In this document: positions 13,684 through 27,059 of the stretch, in pieces | Position numbering within the stretch: position 1 is the first letter of the stretch | Layout: the number at the start of each line of letters is the position of its first letter | Assembly (NCBI GenBank): GCA_010909165.1 | Contig: VJWM01000354.1 | Coordinates: 1-42,849, forward strand | DNA from: Anthoceros angustus | Taxonomy: Eukaryota > Plantae > Anthocerotophyta | DNA: 42,849 nucleotides | Direction: 5' to 3' | The notes under the pieces: generated by a model | What the model was told of the DNA's origin: nothing | Databases searched by the model: none | Seen by the model: only the letters and a program-made list of their open reading frames with translations | Position numbers and translations under genes: made by a program

Positions 13684-14109
13684 ATGCCTCGCAGGCAGAT
13701 CTGCGAGCAATCTTGGCCAGATCTTGATAAGGGAAAAGGAAGACTCTATTCTGAGCCTGACTTTGAGAAGCTATATTATAAGAAGGCAGCATCTGCTGCC
13801 GAAATCGAAGACAGAGCCCGGTTTCTTGGCGCATTTCTTGACTCACAAGCATCTGCAGCAAACAACCGTGCATCGACATCGATCCACGGGACATTCAAGC
13901 GTTCAACCAAACTCTCACATCGAAATCGAGAACCGTCGAAATTTTTCTGGAACATCGCTATTCTTAACTCAATCCTGAATATCAAGAGCATTGTTCTGGA
14001 ATACACATCTCGAATAGATTCTGTTCTAATTAGGCAGGAGCAACTTGAAAGGCTGAGAATTTCAGACCTCATGACGATGGCAAAGCAAGAGGCGACATTA
14101 GCGGTCTGA
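13684..14109 (+). CDS. Unknown 141-aa ORF between PBS and gag of copia A
   Basis: Uninterrupted ATG-to-stop ORF (MPRRQICEQ...) ending 47 nt before the gag ATG; no gag motif. Confidence 0.5.
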   Translation: MPRRQICEQSWPDLDKGKGRLYSEPDFEKLYYKKAASAAEIEDRARFLGAFLDSQASAANNRASTSIHGTFKRSTKLSHRNREPSKFFWNIAILNSILNIKSIVLEYTSRIDSVLIRQEQLERLRISDLMTMAKQEATLAV

Positions 14110-14156
14110 GCAAACCTTGCTTCTCAAACTAATTTGTTCTCGGCTCTGCAGGCATC

Positions 14157-17063
14157 ATGTCAGGATCAACTAATCCTGACTCAGGATCAGACCGGTTGCA
14201 AGATAAGGACCGGCTGACTCCGAGTAATTTCGATGCCTGGAGCTTTAGGGTGCGCTGCATCCTTGAGGAGAAATTGCTGATGGAAGTGGTTGATGGCACT
14301 GTTCCCAAAAAGGTGAGATTACGCGCCACATTCCGTTGGTTGAGGTGACTGGTCAGCCATCTGGAACCATGACACCGAACAGGGTAAATCAAGTACCCTG
14401 GACAAGAAAAGATGAGCTTGAGTGGACATACAAAGACAAGAAGGCACGTACCATCTTGGTGGCCTCTGTCTCGCAGGAAATGATTCCTCATATAAAGTTG
14501 ACGCAGTCTTCAAACGAGGTCTGGTCACTGTTATCAGAAACCTATGAGTCGAAGGATATGATAAGCGAGGCTGCAACCTACAATTCGGACACTTATGAGG
14601 CGATTGTTGAGAGTCATGTTGCTAAGTTTAGGGCTGCTAGAGCCAAACTAGCTTCTTGCGGAGTGATCACAGCTGAGTCTAGAGCAGCAGTACAATTATT
14701 GCTCTCTCTCCCACCAAGCTTTGAACAGTTCAGTGCTAGCATCCAAACATCAGCAGTTGTCACCCCTGCTACAGCAACTACTCCTTCCTCATCTAATCTT
14801 ACTGTTCAGAAGGTCGTAGCAGCCCTTTTACAGTTTGAAGCAAACAGAAAGCATATGAAAGGAGGTAGTTCTTACCGTCACATAGGCAGTGATCGCCCTC
14901 TTCTCCGAGAGGTAGAGGGCGTGGGGAGAGGTAGAGGCGGAGGGGCTTTGGGAGGTAGAGGTTTCACCTTCTACCTGCTAGTTCACATCCCAATTCCAAT
15001 TCCTCGTCTACCACCAAATCGAAATTGTAACTCTGCGGCAAACTTCGGATAAAAGGCGTCGTAAAGAATCGAGATGAAGGTGCTAAAGGCAAACATCCTG
15101 AGGCACACCTCGAGCCTCCACTCCGGGGCGCTGTTGCGTGCCTTACCTCATCTAGAAAGGGCTCGAGATGGTATCGGGCGGTGGAGCTTGAACCATATGT
15201 GTTCTAGGAGAAAGTCCTTCATTACGTATGAAGCTTTTCCGACATGTCACCAGACAGCTGTTGTGTTAGGTGACAACTCGACAATTCCAATAAAAGGAAC
15301 AGGCACAATACATGTTACCTTATAGGATGGTAGTTTTCTGCTTTTGGAGAATGCTTTACATGTTCCTGCCATTACCAAGAATCTTGTTAGTACAATGGCA
15401 CTTGGGAAAACTAACAATAGAATTACATTCGAAGAAGTGGAGTGTACCATTTATAGGTGGCGACCTTGATCATCATTGCTCGTGGAAACCACGATTGATC
15501 TCTGCTGGATTTTGTCTCGGACTTGCCATCGAGTTTTACGCACACCGCCACCGGCGAATGTTATCAAGCAACCTTCAAATGCCTTTAAGTGGCATTGTAG
15601 ACTTGGACACCCGAATATCAAAGCTATGAGGTGACTGTTGAAGGAGAAAATGGTAACAGGTTTTATTGAGAGTGAGTTACATGATCTTGACTTGTGTGTT
15701 GCCTGTGTCCATGGCAAACAGTTTAAGTCACACTTTGGCAGCGGAAATCCACGTAAAGCTACAGAACTGCTGGATCTGGTTCATACCGATATTTGTGGAC
15801 CAATGTCAGTTACTTCATGGGGAGGAGCTCGGTATTTCATTGTATTTGAAGATGACAGATCCCACTTCACTGTCACTGAGCTCCTTCGTCACAAGAGTGA
15901 GGTGTTCTCGACTTTAAGCGTTATCGGCATATCGCGACAAAGCAGGCTTTAAGCTTAAGTGTATACGTCGGACAATGGGAAGGAGTACCTTTCCAATGCT
16001 TTTCAAAATCTTGTCGGAGAAGGGATTACCGGTTGACAATCCCGTATCATTCTGACATGAATGGGCGTGCCAAACGCCGCCACGAGACTATTCAAGATGC
16101 TGCAAGGTCACTTCTTTATCAAGGGAGGCTGCCAATACGCTCGCGTGTATCCTGTAGCCACTTACTTGCGAGAATAGGTCACCGCTTTTCCTTGCTGTGG
16201 TATCACACCTTTTGAAGCCTGGACAGGAAGCAAACCCGATTTGTCACATCTTAGAGTCTTTGGCGACGCATATTCGCACATTCTCGATCGCCTACGCTAT
16301 AAGTTTTCTTTTAAGTCTAAAAGACACATCTTCATAGGATACACCTGTATTCATGGCTACAAATTGTTCGAACTGTCACAAGGAAGGTGATCCATGCAAG
16401 GGCATTGCGTTTGATGAGCGTCTTGTCTTGTCTGCCTTCACACTCCTTTAGTGACTTTCTCGACGAAGAAACTGTTGAACTTGAGCACTCTGTAGATGCA
16501 GGGGAGGAACCACAAGATATCGTTAGTTTTCCCGACATAGACCCTTCCGATTCAAGATAAGATCCCGCAGCCGCCTTATCGCTAATCCAGACTGCCAACC
16601 CCGCCACCGATGAGGTCATATGGAGATGATCGGCCTCCTTGCTCCCACATGATCGGTCGGATGTTGATGATGATCCGCCTACATCCCGTTACATGATGAG
16701 TCAGTCTGTGGATGACCCTGGAGTATGTTATTCTGCCTCACCAAACCCCCAGGCGCCTACACGACCGAGACCACCGTAAGGGAGAGCCTCCTTGAGTGAA
16801 GATTTCAAGAAAGTACCTCGTCCCCATGGTTACGGCTCGATGAGGTGGTTGTCGACATGGTGAATCTTTCTATCAATCAGTGCTATGAGCCTTCTACCTA
16901 TCTTGAGGCCATTAGCGGACAAGATGCCACACTCGAAAGCTATATACGGAGTATGACTCCCTTATACAAAACAATACGTGGGAGCTCTGTCCTCCGCCTG
17001 TGGGGAGGAAGATAGTTACCTCAAAATGGGTGTTTAAACTCAAATACAAAGCTGATGGAAGCA
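14157..17063 (+). pseudogene. Copia A gag-protease-integrase-RT start (frameshifted)
   Basis: gag DKDRLTPSNFDAWSFRVRCILEEKLLMEVVDG; protease VVLGDNSTIPIKGTGTI; WHCRLGH; integrase LDLVHTDICGPMSVTSWGGARYFIVFEDD; RT start KWVFKLKYKADGS. Confidence 0.9.
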
Positions 17064-18668
17064 TGAGAATTTACGGAGAGTAGTTTGGTGCAACAAAACT
17101 TGATACAAAACAATAAATTGAATACAAAATTGTATGTGTATACTGTTTAAATACTAAACTCTGAAACGTTCACTTAATGAAACCCTAAGTTCTTTATCCT
17201 AATGTTGGCTTTATTTCCAACACTCCTCTAAAGCAACTTTAGGCATTTAACGCATTTCCACGAATGCGTGTATTCAAACCCATCACGAGCAGGATCCTCC
17301 ACACGCGGCGTAACCCAAACCCAAGCGTAAAACCCCTTACCCAAACGACGGACTACGCCCCTCGCAAGCGTGTCCGCCGCCAACATCTCCCTCGCCTACG
17401 GCTGCGATCAAGCTTAACTTCCACGCCGCCATCGCCACAGATGCGTATGGCAAAGTCTATGTCGGAGAAGACGCCGGAGAAATAGGGCGCCGCCACGAGC
17501 AGTGGAGAGAGCCTCCTTACAGGAGTGAAGATTTCAAGAAAGTACCTCGTCCCCATGGTTCTGGCTCTGATGAGGTAGTTGTCGACATGGTGAATCTTTC
17601 TATCAATCCAGGCTATGAGCCTTCTACCGCTGAGGCCATTAGCGGACAAGATGCCACACACTGGAAAGCGGCTATACAGTCGGAGTATGACTCCCTTATA
17701 CAAAACAATACGTGGGAGCTCGTCCTCCGCCTGTGGGGAGGAAGATAGTTACCTCAAAATGGGTGTTTAAACTCAAATACAAAGCTGATGGAAGCATGAG
17801 AATTTCACAGAGTAGTTTGGTGCAACAAAACTTGATACAAAACAATAAATTGAATACAAATTGTATGTATCTTGTTTAAATACTAAACTCCTAAACGGTT
17901 CAATTTTAATGAAACCCTAAGTTCTTTATCCTAATGGCTTTATTTCCAACACTCCTCTAAAGCAACTTTAGGCATTTAACGTGCATTTCCACACGGTATT
18001 CAAACCCATCACGAGCAGGATCCCTCCACACGCAATCCAAACCCAAGCGTAAAACCCTTACCCAAACGACGGACTACGCCCCTCGCAAGTGTCCGCCGCC
18101 AACATCTCCCTCGCCTACGCTGCGATCAAGCTTAACTTCCACGCCCCGCCGCACGCCAGATGCACGTAAGATGGCAAGTCTATGTCGGAGAAGACGCCAT
18201 GAGAAATAGGGCACGGCCGCGACACAAGATCGGGAGAGGAGGAGATCCAGGAAAATCATGCGATGGCTCAAAATGTGGGTCATTGGAGGAGCTTGCCAGT
18301 TCATGAACAGCTGCCCAATCAACCTGGACCTGCTCCACGGACCAGCACCTCGAGAAGAGGGACCCGCACTCAAGAATTCTCGCTTTGGCTTGCGCCGCCC
18401 TAGTCAGTGCTTAGCTACCGGCTGTGATGTGGGGAGCTCTCCCTCCTGTGGGGAGGAAGATAGTTACCTCAAAATGGGTGTTTAAACTCAAATACAAAAG
18501 CGATGGAAGCATGAGAATTTCACGGAGAGTAGTTTGGTGCAACAAAACTTGATACAAAACAATAAATTGAATACAAAATTGTATGTGTATCTTGTTTAAA
18601 TACTAAACTAAAACGGTTCATAATGAAACCCTAAGTTCTTTATCCTAATGTTGGCTTTATTTCCAACA
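16785..18668. repeat. Three tandem copies of the A/B junction (A RT + AAGCA + B LTR at 17064-17222, 17797-17951, 18512-18668; PPT follows each)
   Basis: ctcaaatacaaa..gatggaagca|tgagaattt..ttccaaca|ctcctct occurs three times with indel-type differences. Confidence 0.9.
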
Positions 18669-18900
18669 CTCCTCTAAAGCAACTTTAGGCATTTAACGTG
18701 CATTTCCACACGTGTGTATTCAAACCCATCACGGAACGGGATCCCTCCACACAGAACGGCGTAACCCAAACCCAAGCGTAAAACCCCTTACGCAAACGAC
18801 GGACTACGTCCTCGCGCAAGTGTCTGCCGCCGCCAACATCTCCCTCGCCTACCTGGCTGCGATCAAGCTTAACTTCTACGCCCGCCATCGCCTCACAGAG

Positions 18901-19513
18901 ATGCAGACGCGCAGTGGCAAAGTCTATGTCGCATCGGAGAAGACGCCACGGAGAAATAGGGCACGGCCGTCGCCGAGCACAGCATCGGGAGAGGAGGAGA
19001 TCCAGGGAAAACTGCGATGGCTCAAATGTGGGTCATTGGAGGAGCTTGCACAGTTCATGAACAGCTGCCCAATCAACCTGGACCTTCCACGGACAGCCGC
19101 ACCTCGAGAAGAGGGACCCGCACCCGACTTCGCTTCTCGGAGTTTGACCGCTAGTCGCGGTGCGTTTAATACCGGCAGGATCGGTGGAGCATATCCGCGG
19201 AGAAATAGGGCACGGCCGTCGCCGACACGGCATCGGGAGAGGAGGAGATCCAGGAAACTGCGATGGCTCAAAATGTGGGTCATTGGAGGAGCTTGCACAG
19301 TTCATGAACAGCTGCCCAATCAACCCTGGACCTGTTCCACGGACAGCCCAGGCACCTCGAGAAGAGGGACCCGCACCCGACTTCGCTTCTCGGAGTTTGA
19401 CCGCTAGTCGCGGTGCGTTTAATACCGGCAGGATCGGTGGAGCATATCCATATTTCTTTGGAGAAGGGCCTGCGCCAGTTGATGACGAAGAGCAGGATGT
19501 GAAGCCATCTTAA
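18901..19513 (+). CDS. Unknown ORF antisense to B, between pol and 3' LTR (contains an internal ~250-bp duplication and indels)
   Basis: MQTRSGKVYV...GNCDGSKCGSLEELAQFMNSCPIN...GGAYPYFFGEGPAPVDDEEQDVKPS*, pieced together from the duplicated copies. Confidence 0.4.
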
Positions 19514-19749
19514 TAGGGGGCACCGTACTGCAGGAAGATTAAGTACTAAGGTAAGCTTCATCCTTCGTGGCAGACAGATTGTTGCTCCTCTGTTTCCTCA
19601 TGGATCGACACCGATCCGACCTAATCGTGTGCGTAAGTGGCATTATATGTGTCTCAAGATGTCGAAGGCACCACTCAACAACACCTAGGGAACCTTCGGG
19701 TTCCCACCCCAACCTACATGATAATAACCGTCTTCATGTGTGCATAGAA

Positions 19750-22700
19750 TAGTCGCCCAGCCCAAGCCACAGATGCTTATAGTGTTTATACTTCACCAAA
19801 CCCTTTGTTAACACATCGCCACGTTGTCCTCATTTATGTAACCAACCTTCACTCACGCTCCACAACATCTACGATGTAGTGGTGCGTATTCAATGTGCTT
19901 AGTGCGCGTGGAACTGGGATTGGCTACGAGGGCAAGTGCGGCATATTATCGTAGAATTGAGGTAGGTGCTTGCTGAGTTTGCCCTAAGTCATGCATAAAA
20001 GTTCTTTCCCATTCGGCTTCCTTTGAAGCATCAGTTAGGGATTTATACTCTGCTTATGTTGATGACAGGGCTATTGAGGACTGCTTTTTGCAAGACCAAT
20101 TCACGGCTGAAGATGAGAGCAGGAAACAATAAGTCGAAAGGCTTTTCCTGGAATCGCTGTCTGATGCCCAATCAGCATCCGTAAAACCAGAAAGTGTAAG
20201 TTTCCCTTGCCCAGTCCTTCTGTAGAAAAGTCCATATGTATGGGTACCCTTTAGGTACCTAAAAATCCTCTTAAGCTAGCAGCTCGCCAGTTTCCAAGAA
20301 TCACATCTGCATTAACGGAGATCAATATCCGGCCCGTCCAGCTTAGCAACAAAAATTAAGCTACCCACAAAGGCGAGGGTACATCGACATATCCTGGACC
20401 TCTGGAGTGCGGCACTGTGAACCTGTAAGCTTGACCGAGAATAGGGAGTAGGTGCCCAGCCTCATCAAGTTTGAATTCCAGAAGAATGTCGTTGATGTAC
20501 TTGTGTTGGTGAACACAATCGGGCCTTCCTCTCGTATCCTTAGGATCCGAACCCCAAGGCAATATTTAAGCTCTCCAATGTCCTTCATCTCAAACTTGAG
20601 CTCAACATGTGTTTTACTTATTCGAGATTGGCATTTGTTGCGAGGATGACGTCATCTACATACAACGCCAAAACCACGAAGTCCTCACCTCTGCTCAGCC
20701 TATACACATTGGAGTCGGCAGTGCTCTGGACGAAAGAGATATGTATGAGGTAAACGTGCATGGTTGTATACCAAACCCTACCACTCTGCTTTAAACCATA
20801 AATGCATTTTAGTAGCTTCAGAACTTTGGTGGGGTGTGCGGGATCCTCATATCCCTCTGGCTGCATCATATACAGGTCCTCATCAAGAGCACCATAGAGG
20901 AATGCCGTGCAAACGTCCATTTGTTGTAGATCCAGGTCCAATTCCGCTGCAAGGGCAAGGATGATCCTGATAGATTGTGAACGAACCACAGGAGAAAAGG
21001 TCTCTTGATAGTCCAAGCCTTCGATTTGGGTAAATCCCCTGGCCACAAGTCTTGCTTTATAATGTGCAATTTCTCCTTGTGCATTCAGTTTTAACTTAAA
21101 AACCCACTTGCAGGAGATAGGCTTGCGTCCAGGGGGCAGATCGACAAGATCCCAACTCTTGTTCTTAAGCAAGGATTGTTCGTCCTCCAAGCGATTTGCC
21201 ACTTGGAAGCATCAGTCCTTGCATGGCACCTATAGGCGGGTTCCTAGGAGGATGTCGTAGCACCATAAAGCTGCAGAGGATGTCCAAATCCACGGTGATA
21301 TGGGGCTCCCTCCGTCGGGAGGGGCCTGTAGTCGAGCGCTAGGCGGTCGGGATCGAACTGAACAAAATCACAGTCGAAGAACAAAATCCCGATCGGCATC
21401 TTGATCAGGAGGTTGATCTCCAGCCACCTCGTCAGCCAGGTAGTGATCCTCCCAAGCGCATCACGATCGTCGTTCTTGTCGATCGATCTAATGACAGTCA
21501 CGCATCATTTGGTGCAGTCGATGGATCTGCGACAACGGTGTGGGGCGGCGTCATCAAGGAAAGGTACGGATCGCATCCGTGTCCTCATCCAATGATGCTC
21601 CCTCAGAGGGGACAGCAGCATGTGGAGAGCCAGCTATAGATTCCACAAAAGTAACACTGCGTGCTAAGACCAGTGCCTGTGTGTCAGGGTCATATAGTTT
21701 ATACGCTTTGACATGCTCGCTATAACCCACAAAGATGAGACTGCGCGATCGGTTATCTAACTTTTTGCGCTTGTCAGCAGGGACAAAAGCAAAAGCCTTG
21801 GAGCCGAACACTCGTAAGTGAAGTAAACTAGGCTTCCTGTTCCAAAACACTTCAAAAGGAGTTTTCCTTAAGCAGTGGTAAGGACCACATTCAAGATGTA
21901 CGTGGCGTGACCAACCTACGATGCTTGAGGCAAGCCGCCCACATCAACATACTCACATACCAAGCAAGGTTTGATTTTTGCGCTCGCTCGCCATTCTGTT
22001 GTTGAGTATAAGGGACAATCAACTGCCGGCTAATGCCCTGCTCAGATAAGTAATCGTCAAAGGCTTGATTGACGAACTCTGTTCCATTGTCACTGCGGGA
22101 TCCTCATATCCCTCGGCTGCATCATATCTGAGGTCCTCATCAAGAGCACCATAGAGGAATGCCGTGCAAAGCGTCCATTTGTTGTAGATCCAGTCCAACT
22201 CGCGAGGGCAAGGATGATCCCGATAGATTGTGAACAAACCACGGAGAAAAGGTCTTGATAGTCCAAGCCTTGATTTGGGTAAATCCGCCACAAGTCTTGC
22301 TTTATAACGTGCAATTTCTCCTTGGGCATTGATTTTAACTTAAAACCCACTTGCGGAGATAGGCTTGCGTCCGAGGCGGTCGACAAGATCCCAAGTCTTG
22401 TTCTTAAGCAAGGATTGGTACTCGTCCTCCACTGCAATTTGCCACTTGGAAGCATCAGGTCCTTGCATGGCCTGCCTATAGGCCAGGTTCCTGTGGAGGA
22501 TGTCAACGGTAGCACCATAAACTGCAGAGGATGTCCTGAAATCCACGGACTGATATGGAGGCTCCCTCCCTTTGGTCGAGGGGCTGTGCTATCAGGCGCT
22601 GAGGCGGTCTTTGGTGTTGGAACAATCAACAAAATCACAGTCGGGAAGAACAAAATCCCGATCGGCATCTTGATCAGGAGGTTGATCTCCAGCCACGTCC

Positions 22701-25036
22701 GGTGGGGGTCCTCAGCGCATCCACATCGTCGTTCTTGTCGATCGATCTAATAAGTGCATCATTTGGTGCAGTCGATGGATCTGCGACAGCGGTAGCGTCA
22801 TCGGAAGGAAAATACTTGATGTCGCATCCGTGTCCTCATCCAATGATGCTCCCTCGGAGGGGACGGCGCATGGAGAAACCCATTATAGATTCCACAAAAG
22901 TAACATTGCGTGCTAAGACCGGTGCACTGTGTGAGGTCATATAGTTTATACGCTTTGACATGCTCGTATATGAAGATGAGACGCGATCGGTTATCTAACT
23001 TTTGCGCTTGTGAGGACAAAAGCAAAAGCCTTGGAGCCGAACACTCGTAAGTGAAGTAAACTAAACTACTGTTCCAAAACACTTCAAAAGGAGTTTTCCT
23101 TTAACCGAGCTGGTAAGGACCACATTCAAGAATGTGTGTATGACCTACTTCCCGTATGCTTGAGGCAAGCCGGCCCACATCAACATACTCCTGGTCATAC
23201 CAAGCAAGGTTTGATTTTTGCGCTCGGCTACGCCATTCTGTTGTTGAGTATAAGGGACAATCAACTGCCAGCTAATGCCCTGCTCAGATAAGTAATCGTC
23301 AAAAGCTTGATTGACGAACTCCGTTCCATTGTCACTTCGCAGGATCTTGAGCAGGCAGCCACATTGGCGTTGCACTATGAGAAGCCAGTCCTTGAAATAA
23401 CTCAGTGTTTCACTTTTCAGGTGCATCGGATCGTCCGGTGCGGTACGAAATCATCTGTCAATGTCAGGTAATAGAGAGCACCCCCAAGGGAAGGGGTGTG
23501 TATCTTCCCAGAGATATCAGCATGCACAAGTTCTAACACCTTGGTAGCCCTATGTGCAGTCTTAGGGAATGGAAGTTCCTTCTGTTTTGCAAGTATACAA
23601 GACTCACAAATGGGAAGATCCTTGAAACAACTAGGTAAGGGTTCCCGATGACAACCAAGATTAGACATATCAATGAGCTTATTTCTGTTGGCATGCCCTA
23701 GCCTAGCGTGCCAGAGTGTAGCCAACTGGCTGGATTTCATATTAACAGTGAACACTGCATGGTGAGCAGACTGTGGGAGACATCTTATCTCGAGCCTATA
23801 CAAGCCATGGTCTAGAACGCCTTTGAATGCACAGACACTGGGAGAGACCTTCCTGTAGAAGCAGCAAGCATCATCAATTACACGTATCTCATACGTGCGC
23901 ATCTGCATGATCTTACTCATCGACAGAAGATTTTTCGCCATGTCTGGTACGTACCGAACGCCATCGATGTCCTGCATGGACCCATCATTGAAGAGGAAAG
24001 TACAGGTACCATATCCTTCAACTTGCAAGCTTGTGTCACTTCGCTCATCTCCTAACAAGACTTTGTCCTTCATGTGGCAGGCCAACGGAGAAGAGTTAGC
24101 TGTTGCATATGTGGGTGGTAGCTCCCGAATCGAGATACCAGTCACCAACATCATGAACGGTGCTTGTGAGGCAGACTGTTAAGATCTTCACTGTTGCTTT
24201 TCCAGTATCTCCCTTGTCCTTCATGCCTATGCCGGGCAGACTGCTGTGGGTCTCACCGGGCTCCGCCTTCTTCTTCGCGATCGCGATGTGAGTGCTCCAC
24301 ACCAATTGCGCTCTGTTTTCTTTGTGCTTGAAGGAACAGATCGTAGCGATTGAAAAGTACTTGCCTTTTTGTTTTAGTGGGCTTGAATTTGACCAACACT
24401 TTGTCGACTTTGGACTTTGTGTTTCTGTTGTAAGCTTTTTGTTCCTCCCGATGCAGAAAGGCCCACTATATCATCGACAGTGAGGATGCTTGCATTTCCA
24501 ACGGCAACAGCAGCCTGTGATGTACACAGAGGTCCGTTGTACGAGCTGACAAATTGTTGAAGTGATGCTGGCAAACTGCTCAACAGCTGGACCACGGCGT
24601 GTTCTTCCTCAATCTTATAATTGTAGGAAGCAAGCTGAGCACGGAGGTGGCGAAATTTGCTGGTAAAACCTCCCACTTTATCTCCGTCTTTCATCCTTAG
24701 AGCATAAAATTCTTGACACACAGCACACTTGGTCATGATGCTAGTAACCTGATAGGTTTTGCCGAGCTGATTCCAGATCTCTATACCCTTTGTCAGGTAC
24801 TCAACGTCAGGAACAAGGATTGAATCCAAGCCATTGATGATGATACACGCTACTGCTGAGAGCTGTCCACATCTTTATCTCGCTCGCCAGCTTGAGGGTC
24901 CGTTCGCAAAACTTCCACCCACAACACCTGCACTCCTGCCTCGAGAGCTTTCATGCGTACTTTCCACATGAGTACACTTTCCGTTGAACCTATCCTTTTC
25001 TTTCAATTCTGATGTGAAAGAAGGACCTGTAGCCAT
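19750..25036 (-). pseudogene. Copia B gag-pol (frameshifted)
   Basis: gag MATGPSFTSELKEKDRF; WYLDSGATTHIC; LWHARLGH; LELVHADISG; RSDNGTEF; KWVFKLKLNAQGEIAHYKARLVARGFTQ; LALYVDD; RNase H SGFTDADWASDSDSRKS..SCKKQSSIALSS. Confidence 0.92.
20839..23336. repeat. Tandem duplication ~1.25 kb within B pol (20839-22094 vs 22095-23336)
   Basis: cgggatcctcatatccctc at ~20839 and ~22096; gacgaactc.gttccattgtcact ends both copies. Confidence 0.88.
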
Positions 25037-26667
25037 GGTTTGTCTACTTGTGACTGGTACGAGTGGCAGATAATTCCAGAAATAGGATATATCGGCAGCC
25101 TGCAGGTCTTCTTCCCCCTCCGATGAAGTGGAGGTATGATCGGAGTGATCTAAGACTGCACCTGGGTGTCCGCACGCTTTGGTGGCACGCAGCATAGAAA
25201 AACTGGTTGTGTCATTTGGTCACATGGACCAGCCTCTGTGTCACCGAAATTCAAAATTACACACGGGAAGGAACCTCCGCGGGAACATAAAAAATGTGCG
25301 CTCCCGCGTGTTTTCCTGCTCTTGTGAAGACCGCGAACCGATCGTGCATAACCAAACGCGGACTTCCTTCGCCCATTGTCTGCTATCCCCGTTGATGTCA
25401 CTGTGGACACGGTGGGTCTTGCTTTGGGATGCATTCATGGCATATGTTGCTGAATTGATGTGAAAAGCTTGTTCTGCGGTGTGGAGCGTACATCCGCACG
25501 ATACCGTGCAAATGCACGGAGAGGAGGCGGAGGCGATGCGCGATGCGTTGTGTGGCAAGGTTTCCGGCATGGATTGTGCGGTATATGATTGTGCGAGAAT
25601 AGCCGACTTGTGATGGAAGTTTCTCAAGCGATTGGGGTGGTTACGCCCATGATGGCCCGCTCTCCTTGTAGTCACGGTATTGGTGAGAGGAAGCGTCTGC
25701 GGAGAGCTTTGGCGGAAGCTGCGAGCAGCAGCGCAACGAGAGCGGTGGACATAGTAGGCCGAGTGCGGCGGCAACATCGCCTCCACCTCCACAAGCCGAG
25801 TGTGCGTGCGGCGATGCAGCAGCGTTATTTCAAGGTCGTTGGGGTTGATACCTCGCGCACAAGCAAGGAGCAAGGAGCTTGGAGAGCAATTCTTGCGGAT
25901 GACAAGTGAGTTCTCGGTCAATGTCGCCGTGAGATCTATAGTACTTTTGAAGAGCTTCCTCTGAAGGACTTTCGTACTCCCGGGCCAGGAAAGATGAAGA
26001 GTTGTTCGCTCTCATGAGGAATATGAGACATGTAAGAATTTGAAGGATGTTCGGTCGGCGATCACTGCGCGAGCGCAATACGAATATCATTTTGTCGCCG
26101 GGGTCCGGATGACCATCGATTCCCACTGGCCAAGCACATTGGTGTGAGTCGAGCCGGATCCGATCTGCTGAAATTGCGGGGTGGGAAGGATTGTCGGGGC
26201 CAAGGTATGTGGTGCGGGTCCGGAAGGAAGCTTAGGTCGATGTGATCTCGGATGATGTGAAAGCCTTACGCAGTGCAGGAGCTCGCCTCGACCTTCCTCC
26301 AACACAAAGGACACCAAGCGCCTACGTCGGACCAAACACTTTTGACCAGCACATCATCCACTTCTTGGATACTTCACGGTGAGATGAATATCGCATGGGA
26401 TTCCATGCTTGTGTTGTGAGTGCGAACCTTCATTTGCTAGTCCCTCACCTTCCATGCTTGTTTGTACTTCACGGTGTCGTTATATGTTAGCACTACCTTC
26501 CAAATTCATGTTTGACTCTTGGGCATGATGGTATTGGGGTCGATGGGTGTTCACGTAGGCTTCGTGCATCTGGTGTTGTGATTTAGGGACCGGTGATATG
26601 GGGTGGAAGTTGGTGTTGGGAGGAAGGGCTATGTGATGCCTGTGGCCTTGTGATGGTTTGGGCTGAT

Positions 26668-26993
26668 TGGTGATGTTGATTCCTGCTGGTTATGTTTTGG
26701 GCGGCAAGGGCCGGGTTCCCAGTTTGGTGTGGGGAGGACGGGTGTTGTGGTTGCCGCTTGCGTATTGGGGTGGTCGCTGGTGATTTTAGTGGACGCGTGG
26801 ATGATGTCGGGCTGGTGATGTGGTGGTCTGCTATCTTGTTGATTGATCGTTGGTGATGTGGATGATGGCATGGTGATAAGGTGGACGGATTGGTGATGTC
26901 ATGGAGTAGGTGGAGCTCTGTTTGCATAGTGATGTGGTGGATGTGTTGGTGTTGTGGATGATGGAATGGTGATCACATGCGGTTTGGTGATGT
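26668..26993 (+). repeat. Cluster of TGGTGATGT 9-mers
   Basis: Exact copies at 26668, 26813, 26851, 26891, 26985; variant at 26927. Confidence 0.75.
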
Positions 26994-27059
26994 TTTGGAG
27001 TTGTTCCATTTTAGTTGGCATCACTTGGTGACCTCGTGTCCGTCGTTGGAAGTGTGTTG

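Noticed and set aside
17064-18668. Three near-identical ~160-bp repeats with intervening sequence, superficially array- or CRISPR-like
   Set aside because: They are LTR copies with PPT, and the intervening sequences are also duplicated. The units are far too long and the context is eukaryotic.
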